This document shows positions 1 through 12,408 of a DNA stretch of 64,000 nucleotides, one piece after another. Position numbers and translations under genes: made by a program. Origin of the DNA: Octopus sinensis (Eukaryota). Under the pieces are notes generated by a model that did not search any database, was not told the DNA's origin, and saw nothing but the letters and a program-made list of their open reading frames with translations. The stretch lies in assembly GCF_006345805.1 (NCBI RefSeq), contig NC_043003.1:84816001-84880000 (forward strand), in the 5' to 3' direction. Position 1 is the stretch's first letter. Every line of letters starts with the position of its first letter.

Positions 1-19
1 TGTGACTTTAAATCCTGTG

Positions 20-530
20 TATACTACTACTACTACGAAGTTGCATAGCATTACATTTAATTCTTTAATTTATATACCGCCTTACATAGACCAACACGTT
101 TCAATTGCACCGATTAGTAACCGTTGCAATTGCAACCCTACTACAAAACCAGTATTGTTTCTTCAGGGTCTTTATTTCATATCCTCAGATTTAGTCGCTT
201 GAAGGTTTTCTTTTATCTGCTCTGCGTTATATAATGTAGAGCTGTCCGTTAAGTTAGACGCAAACAATCTCCATTTCAAGTTTTTATTGGATAATCATTT
301 TAAGTCCATTATTTTAAAACCCTCTGTTGTTTAAATGATAATTATTCATTTATACTTGGCAAATGTGAATCTCGTCCTGTGCAAGCATCTCAATGCTTGT
401 TCCTGTCTAGAACTTATTGCATTACCCTTGGATGTAAAATTCGGGTAAAATTCTTCTGAACATAAGTCACATCTATTGGTTCAGGGCCTGTATGGTTTTG
501 CAGTACAAATTAATTCCCAATTAATAGTAT
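20..530 (-). mobile_element. Penelope-like element 3' remnant
   Basis: Minus strand near 440-525 reads AKPYRP*TNRCDLCSEE, resembling the PLE C-terminal PY..G..RC.LC..E motif. Degenerate. Confidence 0.5.
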
Positions 531-935
531 AGTCTTTGTTACTGTCCTTAAAAGAGGATATTAATTTGCTAAGACTCATTTCGAACCTTTTATTTTTTGT
601 CTTTAAATGAACTCAAATGATTTGCCAGTCTCCTCTTGAAAAGTAATGATGTCCCACCGATGTAAAAGAATCCCTTACCCTCAGATGTAACTACATCTAT
701 ATATTACATTTTCAGTCTTACACTTATTTTCTACATAACAGGATTCCCGTTTAGAACAATAAATAATGTGAGTGTATAGGGATAAAACTATCCTAGCGCG
801 TACCGTGTTAGCTCTCTGAAACACGAGTCGGTCATTGTAATCGAATAATTATGCTGTACGACAAACTATAAAATTAAAAGAAAAAAATTTGATGATGTAC
901 CTGTCTCTGTATTCTTTATAATTGTTTGAAATGTG

Positions 936-937
<2 letters not shown>

Positions 938-1031
<94 letters not shown>

Positions 1032-1236
1032 TATATGTGTATATATATATATGTGTATATATATATGTATATATATATATATGTATATATATATATGTGT
1101 ATATATATATATGTATATATATATATGTATATATATATATATGTATATATATATGTATATATATATATAGTATATATATATATGTATATATATATGTATA
1201 TATATATATGTATATATATATGTATATATATATATG

Positions 1237-1315
<79 letters not shown>

Positions 1316-1346
1316 ATATATATATATATATGTGTATATATATATA

Positions 1347-1391
<45 letters not shown>

Positions 1392-1530
1392 ATATATATA
1401 TATATATATATGTGTATATATATATATATATATGTGTGTATATATATGTATATATGTATATATATATGTATATATGTATATATATATGTATATATATATA
1501 TATACACACACATACATACATACATGTATG
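938..1530. repeat. Long (TA)n with TG interruptions. Similar tracts at about 3706-3760, 7012-7084, 10200-10500, 17760-17980 and 41690-42206
   Basis: Read directly; source of the YI/IY-repeat ORFs. Confidence 0.97.
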
Positions 1531-2588
1531 TGTGAAGAAGATGATGGAAAAAGTTGTAATACTGCTAGCGGTATTCGAACGCTTTGTCAGTTGCACACAG
1601 GATAGTAGTGGTTATCACTGCACCAAAGCATACTACAAACCTATTGACCCCGTATATTTGCACACTTAAATCAAGTAGCTACAATGACATTCTTCGCTAT
1701 ATTAGCTGTAGTTGTTTCTGCAAGTGAAAAAATAATGCTTATCCTATTTTATTCTGGTCAGAAATGGGATTGTTTAAGTTTTCACTTCCTTCCTGCTTCA
1801 AGTCCTTCTTCTTCATGAAGTTGAAGAAATAGGATCATATAAACACTGAGCATGCACTGGAACAATCTTAATGTACTGTCAGAAGCATAGCAAGTGGTGA
1901 CCGAGAAGGTGAATCAACCGTTTCCGGGTCTGGTGTGAAGGATGCAAAGTTTTCTGTGACCCATTATACCTATTTTCCATCTGCAACCTTTCTCTCACTC
2001 GAAAAACATGGATTTTGTAGGGTTTTAAATATGAGATTTTCTGCTCAAGAACTACAAAGCTATTGTGGAGTTAAGCGGAGAGAAAATGGTAACATGGCTT
2101 AGGTTGTCATCATTTCACCTATATCTTCGAGAACTTACTCTCTACTTAACCAACCTGATCAGTCGTATTAAGAATGGCGTCTATCTTTTTTCCCTTCTTT
2201 TCCATCATTCTTTCTTTTCTCCTTTCTTTTTATTTGAATATGCACACCAGATTTTGCTCTTTAACTTCAGTTCAAACCTAATCGATCAGAGATGTAGTAA
2301 TTACAATCCTCACGCTTTTTTGCCTCCCAGTGTATCTAGGGACTACGTTATGATGTATGTGTCCTTTCCTTTTTAATAATTTGGGTTTTTTTTTAATTCA
2401 AAGGAGAGACAAGTGAAAAACCCAGAAGTGCAGGTGCTGTGAGATGTAAATAAGTACTTGGCGTGTGGGACTTACATACTGTGACGTAAAAACTGTCAAT
2501 GCTCTCGGATACCGAGAGTCCTTGCCTCGCCACCGTGGAGAGTAACACTCGCCTTGAAAATAAACATCATTTTTAGATTACTCGTTAA

Positions 2589-2804
2589 GGCGGCGAGCTG
2601 ATAGCATCGTTAGCATGTTGGACGTTAATGGTATTTCCCCCGTGGCTACAAATTGAGTTCAAATTCCGCCGAGGTCGACTTTGCCTTTGCTCTTCATTAT
2701 TATGCGGTCGATAAAGTACCAGTGAAACACTGGGGTTGATGTAATCGACTAGTCCCCTCCCTACAAATTTCAGGCCTTGTGCCTTTAGTAGAAAGAATAA
2801 TTAC
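2589..2804 (+). mobile_element. Octopus-type SINE (family 1) with 12-bp target-site duplication
   Basis: Body ggcggcgagctg...gagttcaaattccgccgaggtcgactttgcc...aagtaccag...caggccttgtgcc. ATTACTCGTTAA is duplicated at 2577-2588 and 2805-2816. Confidence 0.9.
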
Positions 2805-2849
2805 ATTACTCGTTAAAATAATAAAAAAAATTTAATCCGATTGCTAGCC

Positions 2850-3580
2850 GAATTAAATACGTTTCTTCATCAACAAGAGGTAAAATCTTTGAAGAAATGG
2901 AAAGTCTTCTATTTATTTGGATTGATAGACAGAAATCGTCCAAGAGAAAGCGTCGTCTTTATTTGAGGACCTGAAGAAAAAATATCCACATGAGAAAGAT
3001 CTAGAGTTCAAGGCAAGTTAGAGATGATTTATGAGATTTAAAAACCTGAAGAAGTAAGATGAAAGCACATCAGTTGGCGAACACGCAGCAGTGGAATTTC
3101 CTGCGATCATCGAAGAAAACGAGCAACAAAATAAAGAAGAGCAAGTCGAACCTGTGCCACACTACTTCACCATTAAGAAAATGCAGCAGGTATTTGCACA
3201 CATCGAAAATGGTCTTGCTATGTTCAAAGCTGTGGATCCAAATGCTCAGCGCTTTTCCAAGTTAGCGGGGAATTGTCACGAAGCTTTTGCTACTTATAAC
3301 GCAATCTTTGACGAAAGGAAGACAGTTCAATGCACTCTTGACCAGTTTTTTTAAATGCATCGAACAGCAACGAGAACTGCTGAAATCAGCTGATGATGCT
3401 GACAACGCCGATACTCGGCTATCTGCATCTACAATGTAAACACCACCAAATTTTACGTATTGGTAAATTTAAAATACTTTATCTTTTTTTTTTACTGTAT
3501 TACAAAATAATAATTACATTTGTCAGCTTAAAATAGATTTTCATTAACCGTGTCTTATCGAAAATGCATTCATTAATAAA
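2850..3580 (+). mobile_element. Tc1/mariner-Tigger (pogo-like) transposase C-terminal remnant
   Basis: ORF 3091-3354 (FTIKKMQQVFAHIENGLAMFKAVDPNAQRFSK...YNAIFDERK...CTLDQFF) matches the typical Tigger C-terminus. Ends not defined. Confidence 0.65.
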
Positions 3581-3703
3581 GTACAGCACTGGGGAATGGC
3601 CATTAGCAGTCTAGGCAAGGATAAGCCAGGCCTAGCCTATAGACAAGCAACTCGACTTAAGTCGTGCCTCCTGGAACCAATTAACGACTTAGGTGAAATA
3701 TAG

Positions 3704-3762
<59 letters not shown>

Positions 3763-4191
3763 TACACACATCCATGAATGAGTACATGCATATATACATA
3801 TGTTCACACAACTATCATCCAAATGCTATTGGTCAACTCGGAGCTATAGTGGAAGATAGCATGCTTATAATTTCTCGCGATATGATAGTTCCATAACCTA
3901 ATTATTAACGACACGCCATCGCAATGAATGATATTTTGCTTGAAGTTGGTGTGATTGTGGTAGCTGTTGTTAGATGGATGTTGTTAGTAATGAGCATGCA
4001 GAATGGTAATTACTATAGTGGTATTTTGGTAACGCAAGACGTTTATCATTTCATAATGTAATGCTTTGATCAATGTATACAACAAACCTGCTACATTTAC
4101 TACAAGTACAGAGTCAGTAAGCATACAAAGTTTTCAGACTCGGTGATGTGTCACTATACTAAGAAATTATACATTTCTTTTCTTCTTTCAG

Positions 4192-4316
4192 AGCTATGTC
4201 ATGCTACTGGTTGATTGGAACTCTAAGTAAGGATCACATAATTAAGGTTTCAATTATTGTATCATCATTCAACTCGGCTGAAGGTTGTGAGAACTCATAC
4301 CTCAAAGCATATGACG
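4192..4316 (+). CDS. CUB-domain membrane protein, exon a (middle of CUB-A): AMSCYWLIGTLSKDHIIKVSIIVSSFNSAEGCENSYLKAYD(G)
   Basis: Acceptor tttcttttcttctttcag at 4191 and donor gtttgt at 4317. The exon is 125 nt, phase 2-1, with CUB motifs C-x-W-x-I and C...YL..YDG. Same length and phases as paralogous exon 17565-17689. Confidence 0.88.
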
Positions 4317-4576
4317 GTTTGTACATTGATATTTCATTAGCTTTTGTTAGTTTTTTTTTCTAGTTCGAAATTATAATAGAATAATGATTTCACAAGCCAC
4401 GAACGATCATAAAATCATTGTCTGAGTTAATGTACAGTAAGATAGACTTTGCTTGTTTGTTTAATTATTTATTTGTTCATTTCGTTCTTTTTCATTCTTC
4501 TTTCTTTTTTCTTTATCTTTCTCTCCCCTTCTCTGTCTCTGTCAGTCTGTCCGTCTGTTTCTGTCTGTCTGCCTCC

Positions 4577-4648
<72 letters not shown>

Positions 4649-4652
<4 letters not shown>

Positions 4653-5900
4653 GGAGTTGAACGTAGGTGTTATTCAAATTCTTTTACTTCCGACACACGT
4701 TTCGAAGATGTCACTGGTATTATTCCAAAGGAATAAAATGGTGTAAAACAATGTAATCTTCTCTTCTAGGTGTTACTCTATTATTAACTTACGCACGGTT
4801 AGGAATGGTTTTTCCAATACAAAAAATCTCTTACAAACTATCTCTTCACATAATATTAGCCTGTTAAATAATGATACATTTACTAATACTAACATTAATT
4901 TAGCTAATACCATCCATCCCCCTAGAAATATTAATGACAAGGTTAATGTATCTGAAGTCAATTACAGCAGAATCAAGTTTATGTCAAGTAACTCTAAAAT
5001 AAAAAATTCTATATACCAGTGTAAAATTACTTCTGTTAATGAAGTATTTTTTTTATATAGGCAGCTCATCTTCTCAGTTATCTAAAATAATTTTTTATCA
5101 TTGCTCTACATTTAGAGATAGGAATAACCGTAACAGTACAGGGCTTAGTAAATTAATTTGGTATCTAAAAGACCACAATAAACAATTTAATTTAGATTGG
5201 TTGATTCTCTCAATTTCGATAACTTATGATAAAGGCAAGGAATTCTGTCTTCTCTGTAGTTCTGAACTATTTTTTTTTCTAAAAGTTCCCTTGTAAACAC
5301 GGTTATAGAGCGTACATACCGATGTAAACATTGGCAGAAACACAACTTTAGTTCATATAAGTGATATCTATCATTATATATAATTTAAACATTAATTTTC
5401 TTCTTACATTTCACATTCACTAGATATATGTTTTTCCAAGACTATATGGTTTTATTTAATATACATATCGTTATATACTTCTCATTTATTTGGTTTTTCT
5501 TTCCTTTATTTCTATAAGCTACCTTTGATGTTATATCCTCTAACATTTTTTTTAAAAACAAACTCAATAGCGTTCAGTTAATCATTATACATATCCATCA
5601 TTTTCTGTTAAAATGTCTTATTGACGAATTTCATTTCTTCATTTCTCTGAAGAGAAGATTACATTGTTTTACAGCATTTTATTCCTTTGGAATAATATCA
5701 GTGATATCTTTGAAACATATGTCGGAAGTGAAAGAATTTGAATAACACCTGCGTTTAACTCCATTTATTTATATATGTTACACAAACTATTTCATGTAAA
5801 CCCGGAGTTTCTACCGTTAAAAACAAGGGGTTACAACCTTTTTACTTGTGCGATTTTCTGCTACCCTGGTAACTATCTATTTTTTCCGTGTTGTTAACAA
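4649..5900 (+). mobile_element. Penelope-like element fragment (GIY-YIG endonuclease) bracketed by inverted pseudo-LTR copies
   Basis: IYQCKITS...YIGSSS...NSTGLSKLIWYLKD...W.IL...YDKG...CLLCSSE. Segment 4649-4769 is the reverse complement of about 5648-5766. Confidence 0.85.
5638..5732 (+). ncRNA. Type I hammerhead ribozyme fold (Penelope pLTR)
   Basis: CTGAAGA core at 5647-5653, stem II GAAGAT/ATCTTT, GAAAC at 5712-5716, short stem III with ATAT loop, GTC cleavage triplet at 5721-5723, and stem I TTCATTTCT/GGAAGTGAA (9 bp with two G-U). Folded by eye. Confidence 0.72.
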
Positions 5901-5962
5901 GGGGGAGATAGATAGATAGATACATTCATACATACATACATACATATATACATACATACATA

Positions 5963-6002
<40 letters not shown>

Positions 6003-6049
6003 ACACATATATATATATATATATATTAATAATAATAATAATAATAATA

Positions 6050-6780
6050 ATAAAAATTAGGATTCAGCAAAAATTTGATTTAGAAGTTTAGAAATAGCAG
6101 CCAAAGAACCTTAGCTATTTCTTCTACCATAAGAAGAGACTCCCAGACAAAACAAAATACTCGAAATAATTCACGCACACAGAGAGAAAAAAATTATAAA
6201 ATATTGTTTAAGTTTACCGAAAAATGGTCCTTTTTCATGCCGAATTCTACTTGGTGGAATTATTAATTACTAGTTAATTAATTTTACCCTTTATTATTAT
6301 TGATAATATAATTTTCTCCCTGATAATAGACTACAGTTTTTTTCTGTAGTATTTTTACTCGATAACACACGTGGATGGGCGAGGGAAGGTGAGGAACCTC
6401 ATTCGTATGTTTTGAATTCGTTGGTACTGGACGTTGAATATGATCTGTCTGATACTGTTTTGAATTGGATAGGTATGTTCAATTTTTTCTAGTGCTCTCA
6501 AATTTAACATCGTGGAATCCTATGCTGAAGAGGAAAATGTTTGGGTGAAGTATGATTTTTACATTCTTCATACCGATCTAATTCCGAAACGCGTCCATAG
6601 GTAATCAAATACCGAGTGAATTTCGTTATTTTTCCTCTCTGTCTGCGTGTGTTATTTCGAGTATTTTGTTTTGTCCGGGAGTCTCTTATAGTAGAAGAAA
6701 TAGCTAAGGTTCTTTGGCTGCTATTTCTAAACTTCGGTATGTGGTAAAGCAAATCTTTGCTGAACCCTAATTTTAATTAT
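6050..6780. mobile_element. Non-autonomous fold-back element with about 140-bp imperfect terminal inverted repeats
   Basis: 6050-6192 (aaattaggattcagcaaa...gaaatagcagccaaagaaccttagctatttcttctac...caaaatactcgaaataa) is the reverse complement of about 6627-6780. Confidence 0.75.
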
Positions 6781-7008
6781 ACTCGTAATTATAAAATATT
6801 GTATAAATATATATATATATATTACGGAGATGTTTTTGCATAGCAAGTGACCTGATCTGAGATCGTGTGCTGGAACGAAAACAATTGCAGCCTGGATGGT
6901 GTTTATAAGCCATATAAGAAACACGCAAAAACCATTAGATTCACTTCAACATTCAAATTTAATTTGTCAAAATATTTTCGTCGCTTTGAGACCGCGACCT
7001 GTTCACTG

Positions 7009-7087
<79 letters not shown>

Positions 7088-7334
7088 CGAGTAATCGTTG
7101 GTGCCTATAAGTAACCATTAGAACAGATAGAAATAACGATTAAATCTTTCAGCGTCTTAGAAAAAGGACATACTAGATAATGCGTTATTGGTTTTCCTAC
7201 ACATAAAGCACAGCCGGCACATATATGCGCATGTGTGTGTTTATGAATATGCTTTATTCTCCAAAGTTACACTGATAGGTAAAATTAATTTCAACAAGTA
7301 AAACATGTAAAGCTCTGGTTCTCAACCAACGGGG

Positions 7335-7700
7335 AGGAGAAATACAAATATGTGTGTGTGTGTGCTTGCGTTTGTATGTCTGTTTTTATCCCCCTCCCCA
7401 CCGTCGCTTGACAACTGACGTGTTTACGTAAACTAGCGGTTCGATAAAAGAGTTTGATAGAATAAGTACTAGGCTTATAAAGAATAGGGTGCAGCGATTT
7501 GTTCGACTAAAGGTGGTGCTCCAGTATGGCTACGGTCAAATGACTGAAACAAATAAAAGAAATATAAAGTCAGTTTCCACACAGTTTCCGTGTACTAAAT
7601 TCATTCACGAAGCATCGGTTGGTATTGAGGGTATAGTAAAAGATGCCGAGCAGTGGAAGCGAACCGGAAACCAAGTAGTTGCAAAATGAGTTGCTTTACA
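7335..7700. mobile_element. Octopus-type SINE (family 2); further copies at about 12015-12330 and 55372-55780, fragment at about 17400-17450
   Basis: Shared motifs: cagtcatttgactgcggccat.ctgg, cacttgcccaag.tgccac.cagtgggactgaacccggaacc, ggggacgtaaacacacc. Confidence 0.8.
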
Positions 7701-7709
7701 TACATTAGA

Positions 7710-9700
7710 CACTATAATATATCATCTTCATATGATAGAAATATTACACAAGGTAACAAATTTTAACTTTTTTGTTACAGACACGTAAACAACTGATTCT
7801 TACCAAATTTCTTATGCTAATTTCAGATCTGACACCTAATTTCTCTATCACGTACAGATTTTGTGTAATCAAAAACCCTTATTTTCCAAATTTTTCTCAC
7901 CCGCTTCTATTACGAAAGCTGTCTATGTCACTTTTCCGTGCCACATTTTATGTTAAATATATTTAAATAATTAGTGAACAAGGATGTCTTTCCTCTCTTT
8001 TCCGGCTTACGACAGCGGAATTTCATTAAGGAGTTTTCACTCTTGCACCCAACCATCCACCCGAAACACGTTAGTATTTTGTCGTTACTATCGAAAGACA
8101 GCTTCTGCTCATAAGTGAAACTTTGGTGTTTCCTTTTCTATCACTTGTAGGATGACATGCTCTCCTTCTGCAGGACCTAACAGTGATCTCCCATTATATT
8201 TGGATTGATTACTGGTGTCTGTTTTCTATAAGTGAGATATGTTGGTTGAAGTGCTCACCATACTCGTCACTCACAGCCCTAAGATTGGCAGGGAAGAAGT
8301 CAAGATGAGAATGTAAAAAATGCACTTTCAAAGACATTCTGCATCCTATTTTTTCAGAAGATTTAAGCATGTTTTCTACAAGTTCACGGTGGTTTTCAGC
8401 TTTGTTGTTTCCAAGAAAATTTTTGACAACTTCGACGAAAGATGTCCATGTTCCTAGATTAGATGAAAACAATGAGTTGTGGATGACTCTACATATTTGT
8501 GGTCCAGTAAAAAGTCCAGCTTCTAGCTTAACATATGCCAATATTCCTTTGATTTATCCTTTGAATATTGGAAATCCATATTGATAATCCGTATCCTTCA
8601 CGAAATTTTTCATAAGGCTAAGTTTAACGTGAAGTGGTGAAAGATGTACTTTCTGAGGGTCAATGAATGCTAGATGTTTCACCTTGTGTTTACCAACTAC
8701 AAGTTTAATTCAGATGGCCAACCATGTTTTCTGTAATGGTTCTTGTCATCTTTGCCGTTCCATAGAAACAAAAGGCACATATACTTTGTGTAGCTCACCT
8801 GTAACCCAAGAAGTAATGATACAACTTTAAGGTCACCACAGATATTACTTATTATGATCCTTATATTTGATGAGTCTTAGAAGCAGTTCTATTGATTCAT
8901 AAGTCTCGTTAAGGCCAGTGGCATGTGCTATATGTATTGAATGATTTTCATTGCCATTGTGCGGTAATACAGCTTTAAGTCTGGCTTTATTAGAGTCAAG
9001 GAACGGCCTCCATTCTTTTGGAGCATAGCGAAAGCCAATACTTTCCACCAGGCCACTGGAATCGTGGCAGAAACAAACCTTTTCCTCTTGTAAGTAAAAT
9101 GATGAAAGCTGCAGCTGGCGATGGCGGAAATGGGAAACTTTGGTCTATGACTGGAGAAAATTCCATTCTTGAATTCTGGAACCAATCAACTCTGCCTTTT
9201 TTTTTTTTTTTTTTGGTAATTCCAAATCGTGCAACAAGTCATTTAACAACTGATTGACTTAACAAATGTTGGGAGCTAGTTGCACCTGGAACATACACGC
9301 CATTTTTCCTATTTCTATATCACTAGCAGAATCTTCAGATGAACTGCTGTCTTCAATGACCGCTCTACTTCACTGTCATGTAGCTACTGACCATTAGGTT
9401 GTTGCAATGCACTTGACTCAGTGTTACCAGCCCAGAATAAGTTGTATTGATCAAAATCGTTTGAATTTGTAAATAGTTGGCATACAAAAATTGCTTTAAC
9501 CTTGAAAAGCTAGTTTCATATAAAATTTAAAACAAAATCTGGACGTGTTAGGAAATTTGACTAAGTGGTTTGCATTTTACACAAAATCTAGATGTGATTG
9601 AAACAATCTAATTATAGATTTGAAATTACCATATCGAAACTAGCTAGGAACACCTATCTGGTTTTCTATAACAAATTCTTTTTCACCACGTATTATTTAA
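7710..9700 (-). mobile_element. Decayed CMC/Chapaev-like DNA transposon
   Basis: Broken ORFs EWRPFLDSNKARLKAVL.HNGN, KLEAGLF.GPQI, FLGNNKAEN and GCRMSLKVHFLHSHLDFFPANL.AVSDE.GE.F.Q. A CACT end lies at 7710. The family name is from memory of Chapaev3 transposases. Confidence 0.65.
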
Positions 9701-9702
9701 AG

Positions 9703-9938
9703 CAGTGTTTCTTAACCACTTTTTACCTTTTAACTCCTTTGATTCCTATTTTACTTAAGTAACCCTCATAGCCATTTGATATTTTAAAAATCCTGTAATA
9801 TATTTTTGTTATTAAATATCATTATAAATTGTATGGAAAAATTGTTAAAATATTTTGTGTATTGTAAAAGTAAAACCAAGTTAGTTCACATAAACCTAAA
9901 CAACAAAATCTTATATGGACCCCGGTTGAGAACCACTG
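9703..9938. mobile_element. hAT (Charlie-like) MITE
   Basis: TIRs cagtgtttcttaacc / ggttgagaaccactg, with an 8-bp TSD ATTTAAAG / ATTTAAAA (7 of 8 match). Confidence 0.85.
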
Positions 9939-10330
9939 ATTTAAAAGATGCTTTCTCAAAATATTCCCCGTCGAAAAAACTGGGTGAGTTTTATGTAGGC
10001 TACGTGGCGGCATGTATTTTTGTAAGCAATTTAGATTAATCAACCTACACATATACTCACGGTCATACACTTTCCAATGTGCACACACACTGTGAGTATG
10101 TGTGTGTGTAATATAGTAAAATGTGGTAGACATAAATGTGTATCCAGAGGCATCTGTGTATGAATGTAATGGGGATGGTGAGAATGTACACACATACGAT
10201 ATATAAACATTTTTTTACTTGTTTGTATAAATATGTATTCATTATAAATATATGTGCGTGTGTGTATGTGCATGTGTGTGTGTGTGTGTGAGTGTTTGAA
10301 TATGTGTGCATGAATATACATATATGTATG

Positions 10331-10377
<47 letters not shown>

Positions 10378-10382
10378 CTATA

Positions 10383-10421
<39 letters not shown>

Positions 10422-10445
10422 TATATATATATATATATGATATAT

Positions 10446-10495
<50 letters not shown>

Positions 10496-10796
10496 TATAC
10501 ATATAAAAAGAGAAACAGAAAATACAGACAGAAAAAGGTTGTGCCTATGTAGGTATATCACTCTATTTCTCACTTTCTGTATGTCTCTCTCTTTCTCTCT
10601 CGCTTCCTCGCTCTCTCTTTCACTCTCCCTCTCTCCACACACATACAAACACACTCACACACACACATATATGTGTGTGTATACATATGAGAAAGAGAGA
10701 GAGAAAAAAAGACCGACAGAAAGAGATTGTGCATATGTAGATATATCACTTTATTCTCCCTCTCTCTCTCTTTCTCTCTCTCCTTCTCTCTCTCTT

Positions 10797-10845
<49 letters not shown>

Positions 10846-10939
10846 TTCTCTCTTCACACACACACGTGCATGCTTACGCGTTTCATATATTCATAGACAT
10901 AATACAGACTGTTTTCTTAAATGTGTACTCCAACATTAG

Positions 10940-11086
10940 GTTCGAGCGACCAGTCACATTTGATTGGACACACCTGTGGAAACAGTACACCCACCTACAT
11001 ATCAACTGGGAACCAGATGCTGTTGACACTGAAATCAACCAATGTAATCAACGGATTCTTTCTGTCATTTACAGCTTTAACAAAAT
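10940..11086 (+). CDS. CUB-domain membrane protein, exon b (end of CUB-A): (G)SSDQSHLIGHTCGNSTPTYISTGNQMLLTLKSTNVINGFFLSFTALTK
   Basis: Acceptor cattag, donor gtacgt. The exon is 147 nt, phase 1-1, with CUB motifs LIG..CG, STGN.M and GF. It joins exon a in frame. Confidence 0.9.
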
Positions 11087-12337
11087 GTACGTATGCACCA
11101 ATTGTTTCAAACTATGACACGTCATCTCAAATTTAAAGGTTTCATTCTCTAAGCACTAGCTGATTGCTTGTGTGTAATATTAATTTTGTTCGACGCCGCC
11201 TACAGTTAGTTATATGGCTTCAGTTAATAATTTGTACATTTAAGGCAACTCAACAACAGATGACATCGGGTCAGCCAATTAGGAAGTTCGAGTTAATGGA
11301 AGATCCCTTCATGATAGCTCGACAAACTTCAAAATAACAGACAAATTTCCTTATATAATTACTGTTGAGAAAAACAAACAAAGGCGAATTGGAGCCAATT
11401 AGGAAGCCTGAGCTAATGAAACAGCCTCTTCCTAACTGCTCAATAAGGTAGAAATAGCAGCCAAATTTCTTTATATATTCACTTTCAAAAAACAAACAGA
11501 AAAAGCATTTAGTATAATGTATTCTTCGACGCACTGTGTCTGAAAAAAAATAGAAAAGACGGGAGAATTATCCCTGAAAAGCCTTTGGTCATGCCTACTC
11601 GATCATGCTTACCTGGGGCTAAACAACAACAGCAGCAGCAACACTACTTACAGCTAAAAGATGTACTGCCTCTCGATGCTACCTTTCAAATTGCTACTAA
11701 AATGCCCTCTTTTACAGAACCAGGTGCTCCTGACATATCCAACTCTAATCCTCTCGTCGCCGATACGACCGTGTCTAGACACCAGGCGCCACGCTAACTA
11801 TATTTAATATTATAGTTCCCTTTCCAAAACATTATACTTATTTTCGTTTTCATCAGCTTTAGCTGTCTAGTTAGCCTTGGCGTCGAGGAGTGGCCATGTA
11901 CGTCAATGGTTCTGTCACTTAAATCTTGGCTAAACTTGTACACAAAGTGTGAAATGGGTGATGATTTAACGGCAGAAGAGTGAGAGAGTGGAACGCATAA
12001 AATCAGCCCGGGGCTATAGCAGAAGACACTTGCCCAAGATGCCACACAGTGGGACTGAACCCGGAACCATGTGGTTGGTTAGCAAGCTACTTACCACACA
12101 GCCATCTTTCTTTTACTTGTTTCAGTCATTTGACTGCGGCCATACTGGGGCATCGTCTTGAAGAATTTTAAATCGAATGAATCGACTCCAGGATTTCTTT
12201 ATTTTTTTCAAAGCCCGGAACGTATCCTATTGGGCTCCTTTGCTGAACCGTGAAGTTGCGGGGACGTAAACACACCGACATCACTTGTCGGGTAGTGGTA
12301 GGGGACAAACACATACACAAAGACATAAAGACACACC

Positions 12338-12408
<71 letters not shown>

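Noticed and set aside
849-1669. Overlapping 200-247 aa ORFs (YI/IY/VC repeats), likewise at 10040-11117, 41652-42259, 45817-46431, 48032-48682 and 54109-54450
   Set aside because: They are translations of stop-free microsatellites. Only the embedded exons b (within 10921-11136) and f (end of 45817-46512) are real.
11585-11797. 70-aa ORF with polyQ
   Set aside because: It overlaps a (CAA/CAG) microsatellite and a repeat end. Splicing from exon b into its ttttacag acceptor would create TAA immediately.
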